A DNA stretch of 64,000 bases from Phaeosaccion multiseriatum (taxonomy: Eukaryota > Protista > Ochrophyta, other classes): contig OZ218953.1 of the NCBI GenBank assembly GCA_965112735.1, positions 3,286,001 to 3,350,000 on the forward strand. Reading direction: 5' to 3'. The translations under genes and the position numbers were made by a program. Of this stretch, positions 30,801-43,390 are shown in pieces. Every line of letters starts with the position of its first letter. The stretch's first letter is position 1. The notes under the pieces were generated by a model. That model saw only the letters and a program-made list of their open reading frames with translations. It had not been told where the DNA came from and searched no databases.

Positions 30801-32872
30801 GGGGGAGAAGGGGGGGCAGGAGGAGGAGGAGGAGGAGTAGGCTACGCCTTCCAAGGAGAGATAGAGCGCATTTCGCCTTTGTAGCGATGTGCTCCGCTCA
30901 AACCCTCCTTGTTCGCTCCTCTTTGATCTGCCCCCCCCCCCCGCCCTGCTGGCATCGCTCGTCGACGGCCCTCTCTCTCACTCACCCACCCACCCACCCA
31001 CTCACTCACACTCACTCACTCACACTCACTCACTCACACTCACACTCACTCACACTCACTCACACTCACTCACTCACCCACGCACTCACACTCACTCACT
31101 CACACTCACTCACTCACACTCACTCACTCACACTCACACTCACTCACTCACTCACTCACAGGCGTCGCTCGAGAGATGGACAATCTCAAGGCAGGCCCGA
31201 GTGATGCGAACCGCTTCCTCGACCCTGCCTCCATCCACAGAGCCATCCAGCTCACCAAGAAGGGCGGGAGCGTCCCGGGCATCACCTTCGGGTCTGCAGC
31301 CAAAGCGAAGGGCAAAGGAGGCAAAGCGCACAGAGAGAAGCAGCCAGGGCCGCAATCCTACGATCCCGCCAAGCTACGGCAGGTACGCGTGGGGTGGGTG
31401 GGGGTGGGTGGGTGCGTGTGTCCCCGAGGGGGGTTGCTTCAGTGGCGGGTCAGTGCTACACTGATAACGTGATGACGCGCTTGGGCATAGATGCCGTCAT
31501 TCCGAAGAAGGTCATACTACTCCTAGTATTGTCGCAGTCGCGACGTTCGATCCAAAACCGGGTGCCCATCGATAACCCCCCTCCATGAAAGTCGGCATTT
31601 TGCCCTTCTTTGCTTAAGCCTGTGCTATACCTCACTGACTGACTGACTGACTGACTGACTGGCTGACTGACCAACATGCATTGCCTCAATGTTATCTCTC
31701 TCTCCCTCTCTCAGGGAGTGGAGATGACAAAGAAGTCTTTCACCACCAAGAGCCGTTTCGGCACCGGTCCTCAGCGCTACCACGACGTGGTCAAGAGCCC
31801 CTCGCCCGGCCCCAACGCCGCCTACAAGATCCCCTCCGCCCTCGGCACGCAGGTAAGGCCACCTCTGCTGCCTTCACTCCACCCTCTTGGCTTCTTGGTA
31901 GGGTCGGGCCAGACTGGGTTTCGCGAGGTGTAGAGAGGACCCAAACCAACCCTCGCCTCGCCTCCCCTCCCCCCCCCCCTTCCCTTCCCTCCCATTTCCT
32001 CGCGTACCTCTCCCCTCTCAGCCGAGCAGCAGATACCGGTCTCAACCTACCTCTTCGTTTGGCTCGCCAACGAAAACGGTCTCTAGAAAGAAGGTACTTC
32101 GTAGTAAAGCATACCAAACACCGCACACAGCGAGTCAAACCCCCCTTTATCTCTCCTCACCTCTCATCTCCTCCCGTCCTCTATCCTCCCCTCTCCTCCC
32201 CTCTCCTCTGCGCTCCTCCTCATTCACCCCCTCTCCCCTCCCTCTCCACCTCGTCACTCCCCTTTCTCTCTTCCCTCCTCTCCCTCTCCTCCTCGCCCCT
32301 CCCCTCTCTCTCTTCCCTCTCCTCCCCTCCTATCCCCGCCCCTCTCCTCGGTGCTCCTCTCCTCTCCTCTTCCCTCCCTCCCCTCCCCTCCCCTCCCCTC
32401 CCCCCTTCTTTGTGCAGACTTCCCCCAGCCCCGGCCCTGGCCACTACCGCTCGACCTTCGCCAACAAGGCAAGCACCGTCAACGACATCGCCTTTGGAAG
32501 TGCTCCACAACGCCTGTCGGCCGTCAATAGAGCGCAAACTGGCACTCCGGGACCACAGGATTACACTGCTGGCTCAGCGTTGGGGACTCAGGCAAGGAAG
32601 AGGACGGCGCCGTCAGAAGGGCAGGAAGAAAGGGGGGGGGTGCGTTGATGGGGAGGACGGGGGGAGGAAGGAAGGGGGCGGAGGGAAGACAAGACTCTGC
32701 TAGATGGGAACGCTGGGAGACCTTTACGTTGAGCTTCACTGAACAAACCACGGAACTGACTTCTGTCTCGTTATCTTCCCCGACACGCCCACAACACGCA
32801 TCAAAACAACACGCAAAGCAGGTGTCAAGCAAGTATCGCTCAGTGCCTTCTCCGTCCTTGGGGGCCCGGTAG
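27842..32872 (+). CDS. SHIPPO-repeat (ODF3/STPG-like, PGP-repeat) axonemal microtubule-associated protein
   Basis: Exons 27842-28041, 28641-28844, 29204-29602, 30017-30198, (possible 30619-30624), 31162-31382, 31715-31852, 32022-32093, 32418-32591, 32822-32872. More than 10 S/TPGPGxY repeats, typically followed by P-x-x-S/T-FG. Last intron is GC-AG. Confidence 0.88.
28240..28535. repeat. Pure (CCT)n microsatellite, ~98 units, intronic
   Basis: Directly visible. Confidence 0.97.
30975..31160. repeat. (CACT)n/(CTCAC)-type repeat upstream of an acceptor
   Basis: Directly visible, ends at ACAG 31161. Confidence 0.9.
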
Positions 32873-33786
32873 CCCGTGGGGTAGCAGGTGGTTTCGGGAG
32901 AGACCCTCAATCACTCAAACAAACCACAGTATACCAAAGGTCCACTTACTTGCTATTGCACCACAAGGCTGCTTTCTTCGAGAGGGGGAAGAGAAATAGG
33001 CACACACAGCACCGGGACCGGGACTCAATGGGCTCACTCACTCGAGGGGCTCGAACATGGATTCTTACAGAACGCGCTGCGTGACCTTCCACAAACATCG
33101 TCAACACGCTGACATCCATCTACCAGTACATGCACCAGTAGAGCAGTAGCATAGCTCATGTCATCTACTAGTACAGCACCAGAAGTGTTCCTCATTAACA
33201 ATGACAATGAAATGTAATTATATACAATACACATAATAATACACCAGGGGAGAACAACAAGGTGGGACTTGCAAGAACGGACACAGAGAGGAGAGGAAAG
33301 GCATGTATCGTATATTTCTTGAAAGCGAATGGAGACAGGGGGCAGAAGCCAAGGCCTCGCTTGCTTGTTGCTCTACCCCCTACAGTGTCGGTTTCCCGAA
33401 AATGTTCGTTCGCCCCCCGCGACACTGCCCTGACTTCTTCGACGTCGATCATCTGCACTACCTCGTTGGAGCTGCAGAGGCGGTGTGCTGTGCTGTGCTG
33501 TGCCGTGCTGCCACCGAGCCTCGTCCTACCTGCTTTATCTCCTCCAAAAGCTTTGACCGAGACCAGAGTTGACGCCCCGCCCGCCTACACACACACACAC
33601 ACGCACGCACGCACACACACACAGGGGGGCGCAGTGTGTGGAGTTTCCCATTTCTGCGGCCCGTGAGTGACTGATGCTCGCTCGACTGATGTCCTCGACT
33701 GTTGCTCGACTGAAGCGTAGAACTGCCGACGAGTGGCCGGAAGCAAGGCCTTGGAGTGAGGCGAGGTGAGGGGTCCGCAAGTGAGC

Positions 33787-36700
33787 TTATCCAAACAGCT
33801 CTGGGGTTTGCTCCTCCACGTAGGTGAAGGCGCCTTGAACGTTGCTTTGCCACGCATCTAATCGTTTCGCCTGAAGCGAGCGAGGGAGGGAGGGAGAAAG
33901 AGAGAGAGAGAGAGAACGAGAAGAGAGAGACGTGATTAACCAATCGAAATAAGACTCCTCCTCCTCCTCCTCCTCCTCTCCCTCCCTCTTCCTCCCTCCC
34001 TCTCTCCTCCCTCCCTCCCTCCCCCCCCCTCTGCTCGCTCACCATCTGTGTAAGCTGCACGGTGTCCAGCACTCTGGGCTGCACCCACGAGACATGCAAC
34101 GTCTGCTCAATGTCATCCATGATGCCCCTCACAAGCCCCAGAGACATGGCACGCATCACCAACCACTCCACCTGCACACAGGGAGGGGGCAGGCAGTCGA
34201 GGCAGTCAAGTTCGTCAGTCAGTCAGTGCCTGACGTCAGTCAATTCAGTCAAGTCAGCCAGTGCTTTGTGTCAGTCAAGGCAGTCAATTGAGTCAGTGCC
34301 TAGTCTCAGACAAGTCAGTCAGTACCTGATCGAGGGGCAGCTTGGTGCGTGCGGCGATGTCTGCGAAGGGCATGTTGCGCTCGTGCGAGGGCCGCTCAAA
34401 CACCATGCACATGAGGCACAGCAGAGCGACCTGTGTGCGTGTATGTGCGTGTGCGTGTGTGTGCGTGTGTGTCCGTGTGTGTGTGCGTGTGTGAGTGTCG
34501 GGTGTGGGTGGGTGGGTGGGTGTGTTGGTGCGTATGCGTGTAGTCAGTCAGGCAGAGAGAGAGAGACAAGGGACAGCCGGAGAGGAGGAAGGGGCGAGGG
34601 TGGAGAGAGCGAGCGAGAGAGGACAAATGGTGTTTGGGTAAGTAAGCAGACGAGCCTCGTCGGGTGCGCACACATGACATAAGAGGATCGATCAAGGGGA
34701 TCAAGAGACAGAGAAGCAAGAGGATGAGGAGGATGTGAGTTGAGTTGCCCACCCACTTTCTCTTTGATGAAGTCAGCGTGACTCATGAGGGCGGGTTGGG
34801 CCTCCAAGTCCTTCTTGTGGTCGGCGATGACCGCATTGAAACCGTCGATGTCGCCTCTGCAACCCCAACAACACACAAGACCACAAGACAAGACAAGACA
34901 AGAGGGAAAGAGATAAGACGAGATGGAACATACGCTCGCAATCGAGTGAGCGGCAGGGGTACTTGTTTGACTCTGGCTTACAGATCCATGCACAGACGTA
35001 GCATCGAAAAGACAAGCGCAACACATCCGCACATACACACACGTACACACACACGCACACACACACACACACACTTAGGCACCTGTTGAAGACGACGAGA
35101 AGCTTGCCCAGCCACTCGTTGGAGGTGCCCTCGAGCAGCCCCAGAGCGGGGGTGGCAAGCACCTCTCCAAAGTTAAACACATCGGCCCCTGAAGAGGCAC
35201 AAGGAAGTGGAAGGCAGTGACATAACGGCAGCGACATAAAGCCGTTACAGAAAGGCAAGGCGACGACAGAAGGTATTAGAAACGGCAAGGCAGAGACAGC
35301 AGAAGGTAATACAGAGACAAGAGACGTAGTGAGAGAGAGAGATGGGGTGTGGGGTGTGAGGGGCAGGCAAGGCTCCCCCCCCCCACTGCCCTGATTGCTC
35401 TTTTGTCCGGCTGGGACGGATGACGCGTCAATCAGCCTCTGTGAATGAATCAGTCACTGAATCTGCCACTGTGAATGGACTGTACCTGAGATGGCAGCCA
35501 ATGCAAGGTCTGTGGCGAGCTGGAACTTGACGTCATCGGCGAGCTTCTCCAGGGAGGTGTAGGCAAGGTATTTGAGGCCCTGTCGGTGCGTGCGTGCGTG
35601 CGTGTGTGTGTGTGTGTGTGTGTGTGAGTGTATCAGCAAAAGATATATGAGGGAGAGGTTGCGAACCCGGGAGAGGAGACACAGGGAGGGAGACGGACAA
35701 GAGGCAGAGCCAATGTGCCTGCCCATATATGCCTGCCGATATGCCTGCCGGCCTCCCTGACGTACCGCTCTGTAGAACGCCTCGGGCGGGCCCACTTTCT
35801 TGTAATACTCGCTCGCAAGCTTGTAAAAGGAGCTTCGCACAGACGGGTCCTGGAGAGGCAGGCAGGCAATAGGCATGAGGGCAGGGGGGAGGGGCGGGGG
35901 AAAAAAAGAAGGAAGACGCGTATAACTAACAGAGCGAGAGCAGAGAGCCAACGATCTGAAACCTCCCAGCTTACACGTCATGTGCCGCCAATGAAACGAG
36001 AGGAAGCGTGTCATCGCAGTCGCCAGCGCAAGTGGTAAGTCGCAAGCCCCCCCCCCCCTCCCCTGCCCTGCTCACCGCTGTGTGTAGCTCGTCGTCGAGC
36101 GCCGCCTGCCCCTTCACTACCACCTCCTTGATGCTGGCCAGCTCCTTTTCGTCTCCTGCAGAGGGGAGAGGGCGGGCAGATGAGGGGAGCGGAGGGGAGG
36201 GGAGGGGAGGGGGAGGAGAGGGGATAGGAGAGGAGGGGAGGGGAGGGGAGAGGAGGAGAGGGGAGAGCAGGGGGAGGGGGAGGGGAGGGGAGGGGGAGGG
36301 GAGGGGAGGGGAGGGGAGGGGAGGGGAGGGGAGGGGAGGGGAGGGGAGGGGAGGGGAGGGGAGGGGAGAGGAGGGGAGGGGAGGAGGGAAGGGAAGGGAA
36401 GGGAAGGGGAGGGGAGAGGAGAGGAGGGGAGGGTGAGGGGAGGGTGAGGCAGTGGCACTTCATTTGCACGCCTTTGCAAGGAGGGGAAGAAGAATCCACT
36501 ACCATCATCATCATCATCATCATCATCATCACCATCATTATCACCATCATAGCGTGGGTATGATTAGTGTGTATGTTTCACCCTGTCACATGCACCTACC
36601 TTCGTGATGTTGCAGCTTGACTAAACACATCTCAGACTTGAGCAGCAGAGCCGCCTCTGCCCCCAATCGCGTCTGTGGGCACCAAAGGAGGGGGGCAGGG

Positions 36701-37428
36701 TAGGCCAGTCATGATAGAGTAAAATGAATGGGCTAGAAGACTGCAGGGAGGGGGAGGGGGGGGGCAAGGTGACTTCACAGACGATTCAAAGGCTAAAGGA
36801 CGCAAGAGAGAAGGCGACTGGGTTGGAGGTGGCGGACCCTTCTGGAGAGTGGAAGGAGCCTCCACATCCCCTGACTTACCTCCTTCTCCAGCAAACTCTG
36901 ATAGAGCTGTAACGCCTGCGAAGCGTCTGTGGTAACGGGAGATGGAAGTAGTGAACGAAGAGCAGCCAGCAGCGGAGTCAGCAGCGGAAGAGTGGCACCA
37001 GCAGCGAGAAGGAAAGGCGGATTCACGCAGAGAGGAGGCTTGCTACTACTTGGGGGCGACACCTCTCTCTCTCCGACCCAGGCACGCAACCATGCAACCA
37101 TTCTCCCATGCAACCATTTTCCTAATCTCCCAATCCACGACACCTGTCTAAAGGACCAACGCGGTGTGGCGACTCGAGAGCCAGGACGCACCCACCCACA
37201 CCTACCTCTGCAGTGGGGTGTGATGGTCACGAGAATCTGTGCGAGTTGAAGCTGGTTCATCTTGCTCTCGAAGGCGCTGATGAAGCCCTCGTACAGCTCG
37301 ATGAAGCTCTGCCCATTGTCCTTAGCGTTGGCGGCGTCTGCCACCAAGTCCTGTAGTGCTCCTGTTAGTTGATGCCACAGCCTAGAGGGAGGGAGAAGGA
37401 GGGGGAGAGCAGACAGCCGGGAGAGGAC

Positions 37429-37461
<33 letters not shown>

Positions 37462-37920
37462 CCAGCACCAGGGGGAAAGGGTGGGTGAGGGGCTGGACTG
37501 GGCATTGGTGAGAAACGAGGGAACGTCGGGTGTAATGCGACATGACTCAGGCCAGGAGGGCAAAGGAGGCACTCTTCCACCAGTATCCTTCCTTCTTCCT
37601 TCGTCCTTTGCCCATAAACTCCCCCCCCTTCCGGCTCGCGCCCTGCAAGCCTGGCTGAGCCTCCGTTCGTTAGGGCGCGACCGACGAACAGGGGAGAAGC
37701 ACCCTGCTGCTCGCCCCCAGACACCCCCACCCGCGTGACCATCGATGCTTGGGAGGATTAGGGCAAGATCCCCCTCTTTCCTGCTTATTCTCCTCCCCCC
37801 TTCCACCCCCATCCTCCTACTCCGCCGTCTTTCCCACCTTCTGTCGAACAAATCAGAGAGTTTTGTGTAGCTATCTGCCAGGTCCGGGTATTTCACCACT
37901 TGTGCCTGGATGAACTCCAT
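33787..37920 (-). CDS. RPN9: 26S proteasome lid subunit RPN9/PSMD13 (386 aa)
   Basis: 12 exons: 37920-37838, 37381-37206, 36926-36880, 36672-36600, 36155-36076, 35849-35766, 35579-35486, 35188-35083, 34856-34757, 34430-34326, 34171-34043, 33870-33787. RLWHQLT, FESKMNQL, VFNFGEVL, VEWLVMRAMSLGLVRG...VSWVQPRVLD (PCI domain). Confidence 0.97.
36185..36445. repeat. (GGGGA)n pentanucleotide repeat in an RPN9 intron (pyrimidine tract on the coding strand)
   Basis: Directly visible. Confidence 0.9.
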
Positions 37921-38148
37921 TTTCCGCCGTCCGCTCCCTCTCCTCTACCTACTATTCTCCAAAATATATCTATCTCTTTCTCTCTCCTCTTTTGTCCTTT
38001 TTGCCCTGCTTGGCTGTCTGAACGAACAAATCAGTTTCCAGTTTCAATACGATGACATGGATTGCCATCGATTGCTTTTACTTTTAGGGAGCGGCAATCG
38101 CCGGCAGCGCCAGCGATCGATTATCATCAAACAAAGAAGAGAGAGTTG

Positions 38149-40294
38149 ATGATTGGAGTGCTGTTATTAGCTTTATTGTTGCTGAACGGAGCTTCAACAC
38201 ACTCATTCGTCCTTCAGTCCCCACTTCGCGGAGACGGTGCGAGTCGAGGAAGGGCAAGCAGTGCTTCCACGGGACTCTCTCAGAGCGTGGAAGGGGAGGG
38301 GGAGGAAAAGAACAATTGTACCCGCAGTGCTTCTTCAATCAACGAAGACGATGCAGGCAGCAAAGGTTGCGGAGTAGACGTTGCGCCGTCTGTGCATCTG
38401 CAATTACTAAATAGAGCGTCGACTGATGCAGCAGGGGGTCATGGAGAGAGCAATGAGGAGGCCCGTGCGGGTGGGAGGGTCGAGGACGACGGCCAAGAGC
38501 GAGAAGGCTCGACAGGAGAACTGTTCCCCTTGATGGAGTATCGCTGCGCAGGCCGAGAAGGACAAGAGGGGGCTACGCTTTACTGTCTTGGCGATAATGC
38601 CGACCACTTTGCAAGCTTTCTTGACCACATGAGCGAATCGGAGGAGGCGGGGCCTCGACCGAGTGAGCAAGACGACAAAAAGATGTACCATGACGTTGGG
38701 TCTCCGATCCATGTGAATGTGACGGACGATGCAATGCGGGAGCACTTGATGACTTTGTGGGAGGAGCGGCGATTGGTCGTGCAGGAGGGCTATGGGCTGA
38801 GCTCTGCCACATTTGCAGACCTACTGCGGAGTGATACAAAGAGGATGAAGAGCCACCACGGGGAGCACATGAGTCAACAGGACCTCCTCAACTACCTAGA
38901 AGAGCATGGCGCCTTTGAGGTGGGAGAGGAGGACGAGGAGGACGAAGACGAGGACCAGGAGGATAAGGAGGAGGAGGAGGAGAAGGGGAAGGGGAAGGAG
39001 AAGGGGGAGGTGAAAAGGGAGGGGGAGGGGTGGGTGAGTGGTGCTGCAAGTGATGTTGAAGTGAAGGTACGGGGATCGGGGGTAAAGGGGTGTAGCTCCT
39101 ACCAGGGTGTCCGCAGCAGCAAGGGTAGGCCGAGCAGTGAAGGCACCACAATCCGCGCATTGCGCTCATTTCTGCGCTGGTTCAAAGCTCACTTCCCTTA
39201 CTACTACGACGGCTGCTTGCACTGTGGCAACAAGGAGGAAGCCAACACCTTCATCGGGGTTCACCGGCCCACAGAGGAAGAGCAGACCTACCAGGCGCGT
39301 CGGGTGGAGCTCTACCGGTGCAGCCGCTGCCACGCGGTGAGCCGTTTCCCGCGCTACGAGGCAGTATCCAAGGTGCTGCAGACGCGGAGGGGAAGGTGCA
39401 GTGAGTACAGTGTGCTGGCCTACCGCTTCTTGGAGGCACTGGGGCACGAGCTGCGGTGGGTCGTCGACTGGGCAGACCACTTATGGGTGAGTAGGTGGTG
39501 TAGGGGAAGGAGGGTGGGAGAGAGAAAAGGAGGGAGGGAGGGAGGGAGGGAGGGAGGGAGGGAGAAAGGGGGAGGAAAGGGAAGGAACGGGAGAGGAGGG
39601 GAGGGGAGGGGAGGGACCCCTGCCTCAATCGATGCCGCTGCTTCCCCTGCTCCATACAATGCCCCATGCCGTGCCAGGTGGAGGTCCGCGTGTGCGGCAG
39701 ATGGGTGCACTGTGACCCCTGCGAGGCCGCTGTGGATGAGCCCCTTCTCTACGAGGCATGGGGCAAGCAAGCCACGTATATTGTCGCCTTTACAGAGAGA
39801 GAGGTGAGAGAGAGCGAGAAGTGCGAGGTGTGCGCCGTTCGGCGGCTCATGCAACGAGGCAGGCCGCTGAGTAAGGACAGAGGGAGAGAGAGGGACGGGC
39901 TGCTACTGAAACTGACTCTGGTGATGTACTTTGCAAGCGAAGTCTCAGGGAGGAGCGAGGGTCGGCTGGCTGACTGACTGACTGACTGACCGACTGACGG
40001 GCTCCGGTGGCCAAAAAGACGCATGAATGCCTGCGTCTATTGCTGCCCCATCCCCACCCGTTGCTCACCTGTCTCGCCGTGTGTGTCGGTCTTCCTTCCC
40101 CCCTACCTACTGACTTACTATGTATGCGTCCTTCTGCTGCTGTTTGTGGTGCAATGACTCAACGCATGAAGGTGGTGGATGTAACCTCGACGTACACCTC
40201 CAACATGGAGCTCGCTCGCACGACAAGAGACATCAGCGACGCAGAGCTCGCTTCGCTACTGGCAGACAACACCCGCCAACTAGTAGAGGAGTAG
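38149..40294 (+). CDS. PNG1: Peptide:N-glycanase (Png1/NGLY1-like transglutaminase fold) with an N-terminal signal peptide
   Basis: Exons 38149-39486, 39678-39803, 40172-40294. Zn-binding CLHC and [18 protein letters not shown] (Cys), DWADHLW|VEV (His), WVHCDPCE (Asp), [14 protein letters not shown]. Hydrophobic N-terminus [21 protein letters not shown]. Confidence 0.9.
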
Positions 40295-41234
40295 AGTAGA
40301 GCAGTTAGTCCTACGGGTCGAAGGGTCAAGACTCAAAGTTGACTCCTCCAAGAGGGGCCGCCGCCGTCGTGTATCGCACATCCTCTGGCTGGGAGCGCAC
40401 AGCAGGCGGCAGCGACCGCGATGACAGGCACCGGCGACGGGCACCGCCGCCACAAGCCTCAGCGCTGACTGAACCACAGCCACGACAACCTTGGCGCAAG
40501 GCAAACGAGGCCCCGCCCCGCCCCCCCCCCCTTCTCCCTCTGTCGCTGTCTGGACTCCTCTCCCTTCTCTTGGGGCGGGGGAAGGCTCATGAGAGGAGCT
40601 GTCGACCCACCGCCGTAACGCCTTCCCATGAAAGCCGTAGGTGCACCACCTTTAACCACTGGCAAGGGCAAGAAAGAGAGCCCGTGAGGAGGAGAAACTG
40701 AGGTCATCGGAGAGAGGCAGCGCGGGCCCAGCCACCCTGAGACAAGAAGCCCGCCCATGGGACCAAAGGGGAGGAGACGAATGGCATCGATGGCCACGCG
40801 CGTGGCGCCTCTGTCCAGCGTAGAGGGGTCATCACTGCAGCGGGGTGCGCTGTTCAGATAGAGAGGGCAGACGCAGAGGGTTGGGCTTGGAAGGGTGTGG
40901 ATCCGTGCACATTGCGATAAGTAGATGGGCACTAACATGAATCGGATTCATTCCAAGCTCAATTGCCTTGATTGTTGATTTACAAACACGTGACCTGCAC
41001 GCTATGCCGCAGGTTCCTTCCCCCAGCCGTCAGACCCTCCTTCTCCTCCCCCTGTGACCTTCTGACCCTTCTCCCCCATACAACCCCCCACGGGCACACC
41101 CCTTCCCCTTACCCTAACCCTAACTCCGACCCCAACCCTACACCTACAACCCTCATTTATGAAAGTGAAGCAGCAGCAGCAGCCGCTAAACTGCCCTCCT
41201 GCACTACTCTAGCGTCGATCTGGTGCAGCAGCAG

Positions 41235-41894
41235 CTAACACCCGCCCTCCTGCTCTACTCTGGCGTCGATCTGATCTCCATCCTCCATCTGGAGGTCTGC
41301 CGGAGTCTCGGAGCACGTGGTTTTGAGTCTCGTGCCGTCGAGGAAAAACCTGTGGCAGACATGTATAATCGAAAGAAGCAAAGGGGGTTAGAGGACTGCA
41401 CCACAGACTCTGGCTGTGTCCTGTGTGGTGCCTCCGATTAACCTTGCTCGAAGGAGCATAATTTATCGATCTCTCTCCGGCAAAGAACTGAGTGAGGGTG
41501 CCCCCCTCTGTGCCCTGTACAAACGTGGCGTGCGACACACCTGATGTGCTCACTCGAGTATCCCTTCCTTTCAAGAAACGCTTTGAAAACCTATTGGAAT
41601 GATGGCAGAAACCAACAACAACGCACCGCAGGTGCAGAACAAAGAGAGGGAGTGTGGGAGGCGGTGTAAACCCCAAGCAAGAGGAGTCGACAAAGAGAGG
41701 TGGTGGGGGAGCTGGTGTGCCCCCTAGTATTGTCGATCAAGGGGGTCTAAAAGAAGGCTAGCGCCGAGTCGGCAGACCACAGCGGTGGGCTGGAGGACAA
41801 GAGGTGCGAGATCCTGAGCAGATAATGTCTGTCACCCCTCGTAGCTTTCCCATCAAGGAATCAAGCGTTCGCATCTACCTCCTGTTTGTGTGTG

Positions 41895-41988
<94 letters not shown>

Positions 41989-42137
41989 GTGCGGTGTGTG
42001 TGCGTGTGCGCGCGCTCGCGTACCTTGCTCAGCTTCGTGGACTGCTTGACCTTGAAGTGTAATTCTTGTCCCGAGGTGTCTAGAATTTTGATGGTGATCT
42101 GCTGGTCGACCTTCGGCTTCTCATCCACGTCCGACAT
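41235..42137 (-). CDS. SUMO: SUMO (small ubiquitin-like modifier), 92 aa
   Basis: Exons 42137-42024, 41590-41541, 41349-41235. ITIKILDTSGQELHFKVKQSTKLSK|VFKAFLERKG...R|FFLDGTRL...TPADLQMEDGDQIDARVEQEGG-C*. Probable 5'UTR intron 42680-42139. Confidence 0.95.
41888..41990. repeat. (GT)n/(CA)n microsatellite in SUMO intron 1
   Basis: Directly visible. Confidence 0.95.
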
Positions 42138-42384
42138 GCTGAGAGTAAGATGAAGAAGGGGGGCGGGAGAGAGGATGAGTGAGTGAGAGGGGAACCACGG
42201 AGAAAGGAGGGAAGGGCAGTTAAGAGGCGGGGAGAGAGTGAAGGGGGTGAAAGGAGTATACGCATAGATACGCATAGATGGAGGGGGAGAGACGGGGAGA
42301 GAGAGACATGGAGAGGGGGGCAGAGAGAGGGATGAAGAAAGGGGTACAGAGAGATGGGAAGGAGACGGGTGGAGAGAGAGACAG

Positions 42385-42416
<32 letters not shown>

Positions 42417-42503
42417 GGAGGGAGGCAGAGAGAGGGAGGCAGAGAGAGAGAAATACACACACAGAGAGACAGAGAGAGAAGAGAGACAAAAGAGAGAGAA
42501 GAG

Positions 42504-42564
<61 letters not shown>

Positions 42565-42824
42565 GAGGCGGGGGAGGGAGGGAGTAAGCGAGGGAGGAAG
42601 GGAGAGGAGGAACAAGTTGGCCTTGACAGCAGGACCAGGACACATCGCTGTGCCTCATGACCAGCAGTAATAGGGCGGACCTTAAAAAAGGAAAGGGGTT
42701 GCTATTCAAAAAATCAAATCCAGGCTGAATGTCGCAGACCCTCTTACCTCCCTCTGCTTCGGTAAACGGGGTCTCTTGCTGCTCTGCTGCCGCTCTACTG
42801 TGTGTGGTCAAGTCTACTCACTCT

Positions 42825-42869
<45 letters not shown>

Positions 42870-43390
42870 CAAGAGAGGGCGACAGGAGTGAAAGTGAGCT
42901 GGAACTCGTATTCACAAACTCGAACCCTTTTTTTGCCTCAACCTCAATCCTTGGGAGGGGACGGCGACAGAGGGAGAAGAGGCGGAGAGAGCATGCCCAC
43001 CACCTTAGGTGCTGTGTTCGCCTTGTTTCTCGTGGGAACGTTATCTTTCGCTCTTGTCTACCGTGTTGTGGTGTGCCTGGTCGTAGGGCGTGGTTCTGTC
43101 TCTCCTCTTCCGCTTTATTGGAGGTCTGAAGTCATCCCAGCGCTGACAGCACCACCCTCTTTGGCTTCGCCGCCCGGATCTACACTCACACCTGTAAGCT
43201 GAAGGAAGAGCCGAGCGGCGGAGAGCGAAGGGAAGACGAGTGAGAGAGAAAACCAGTAGATAACTTCAACATCGTGATTGGGGCGGAGAAAGCGTGAAGC
43301 GACTCCAATTGGAACGGCGCATCTCTTCTCGCCCCCTCTGATCAAGGGTTTACCGACGAGGAGAGCGAGAGCGTGTCTCTCGCTGCTGGC

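Noticed and set aside
31470-31640. GTGATGA ... CTGA as a C/D snoRNA
   Set aside because: The CTGA belongs to a (CTGA)n branch-point repeat. No terminal stem or rRNA antisense found.
41111-41124. (CCCTAA)2 telomere-like motif
   Set aside because: Only two units in a C/A-rich UTR, as expected by chance.
41860-41881. Cryptic acceptor with an early stop (EVDANA*) in SUMO intron 1
   Set aside because: No pyrimidine tract or downstream donor identified, so support is insufficient.
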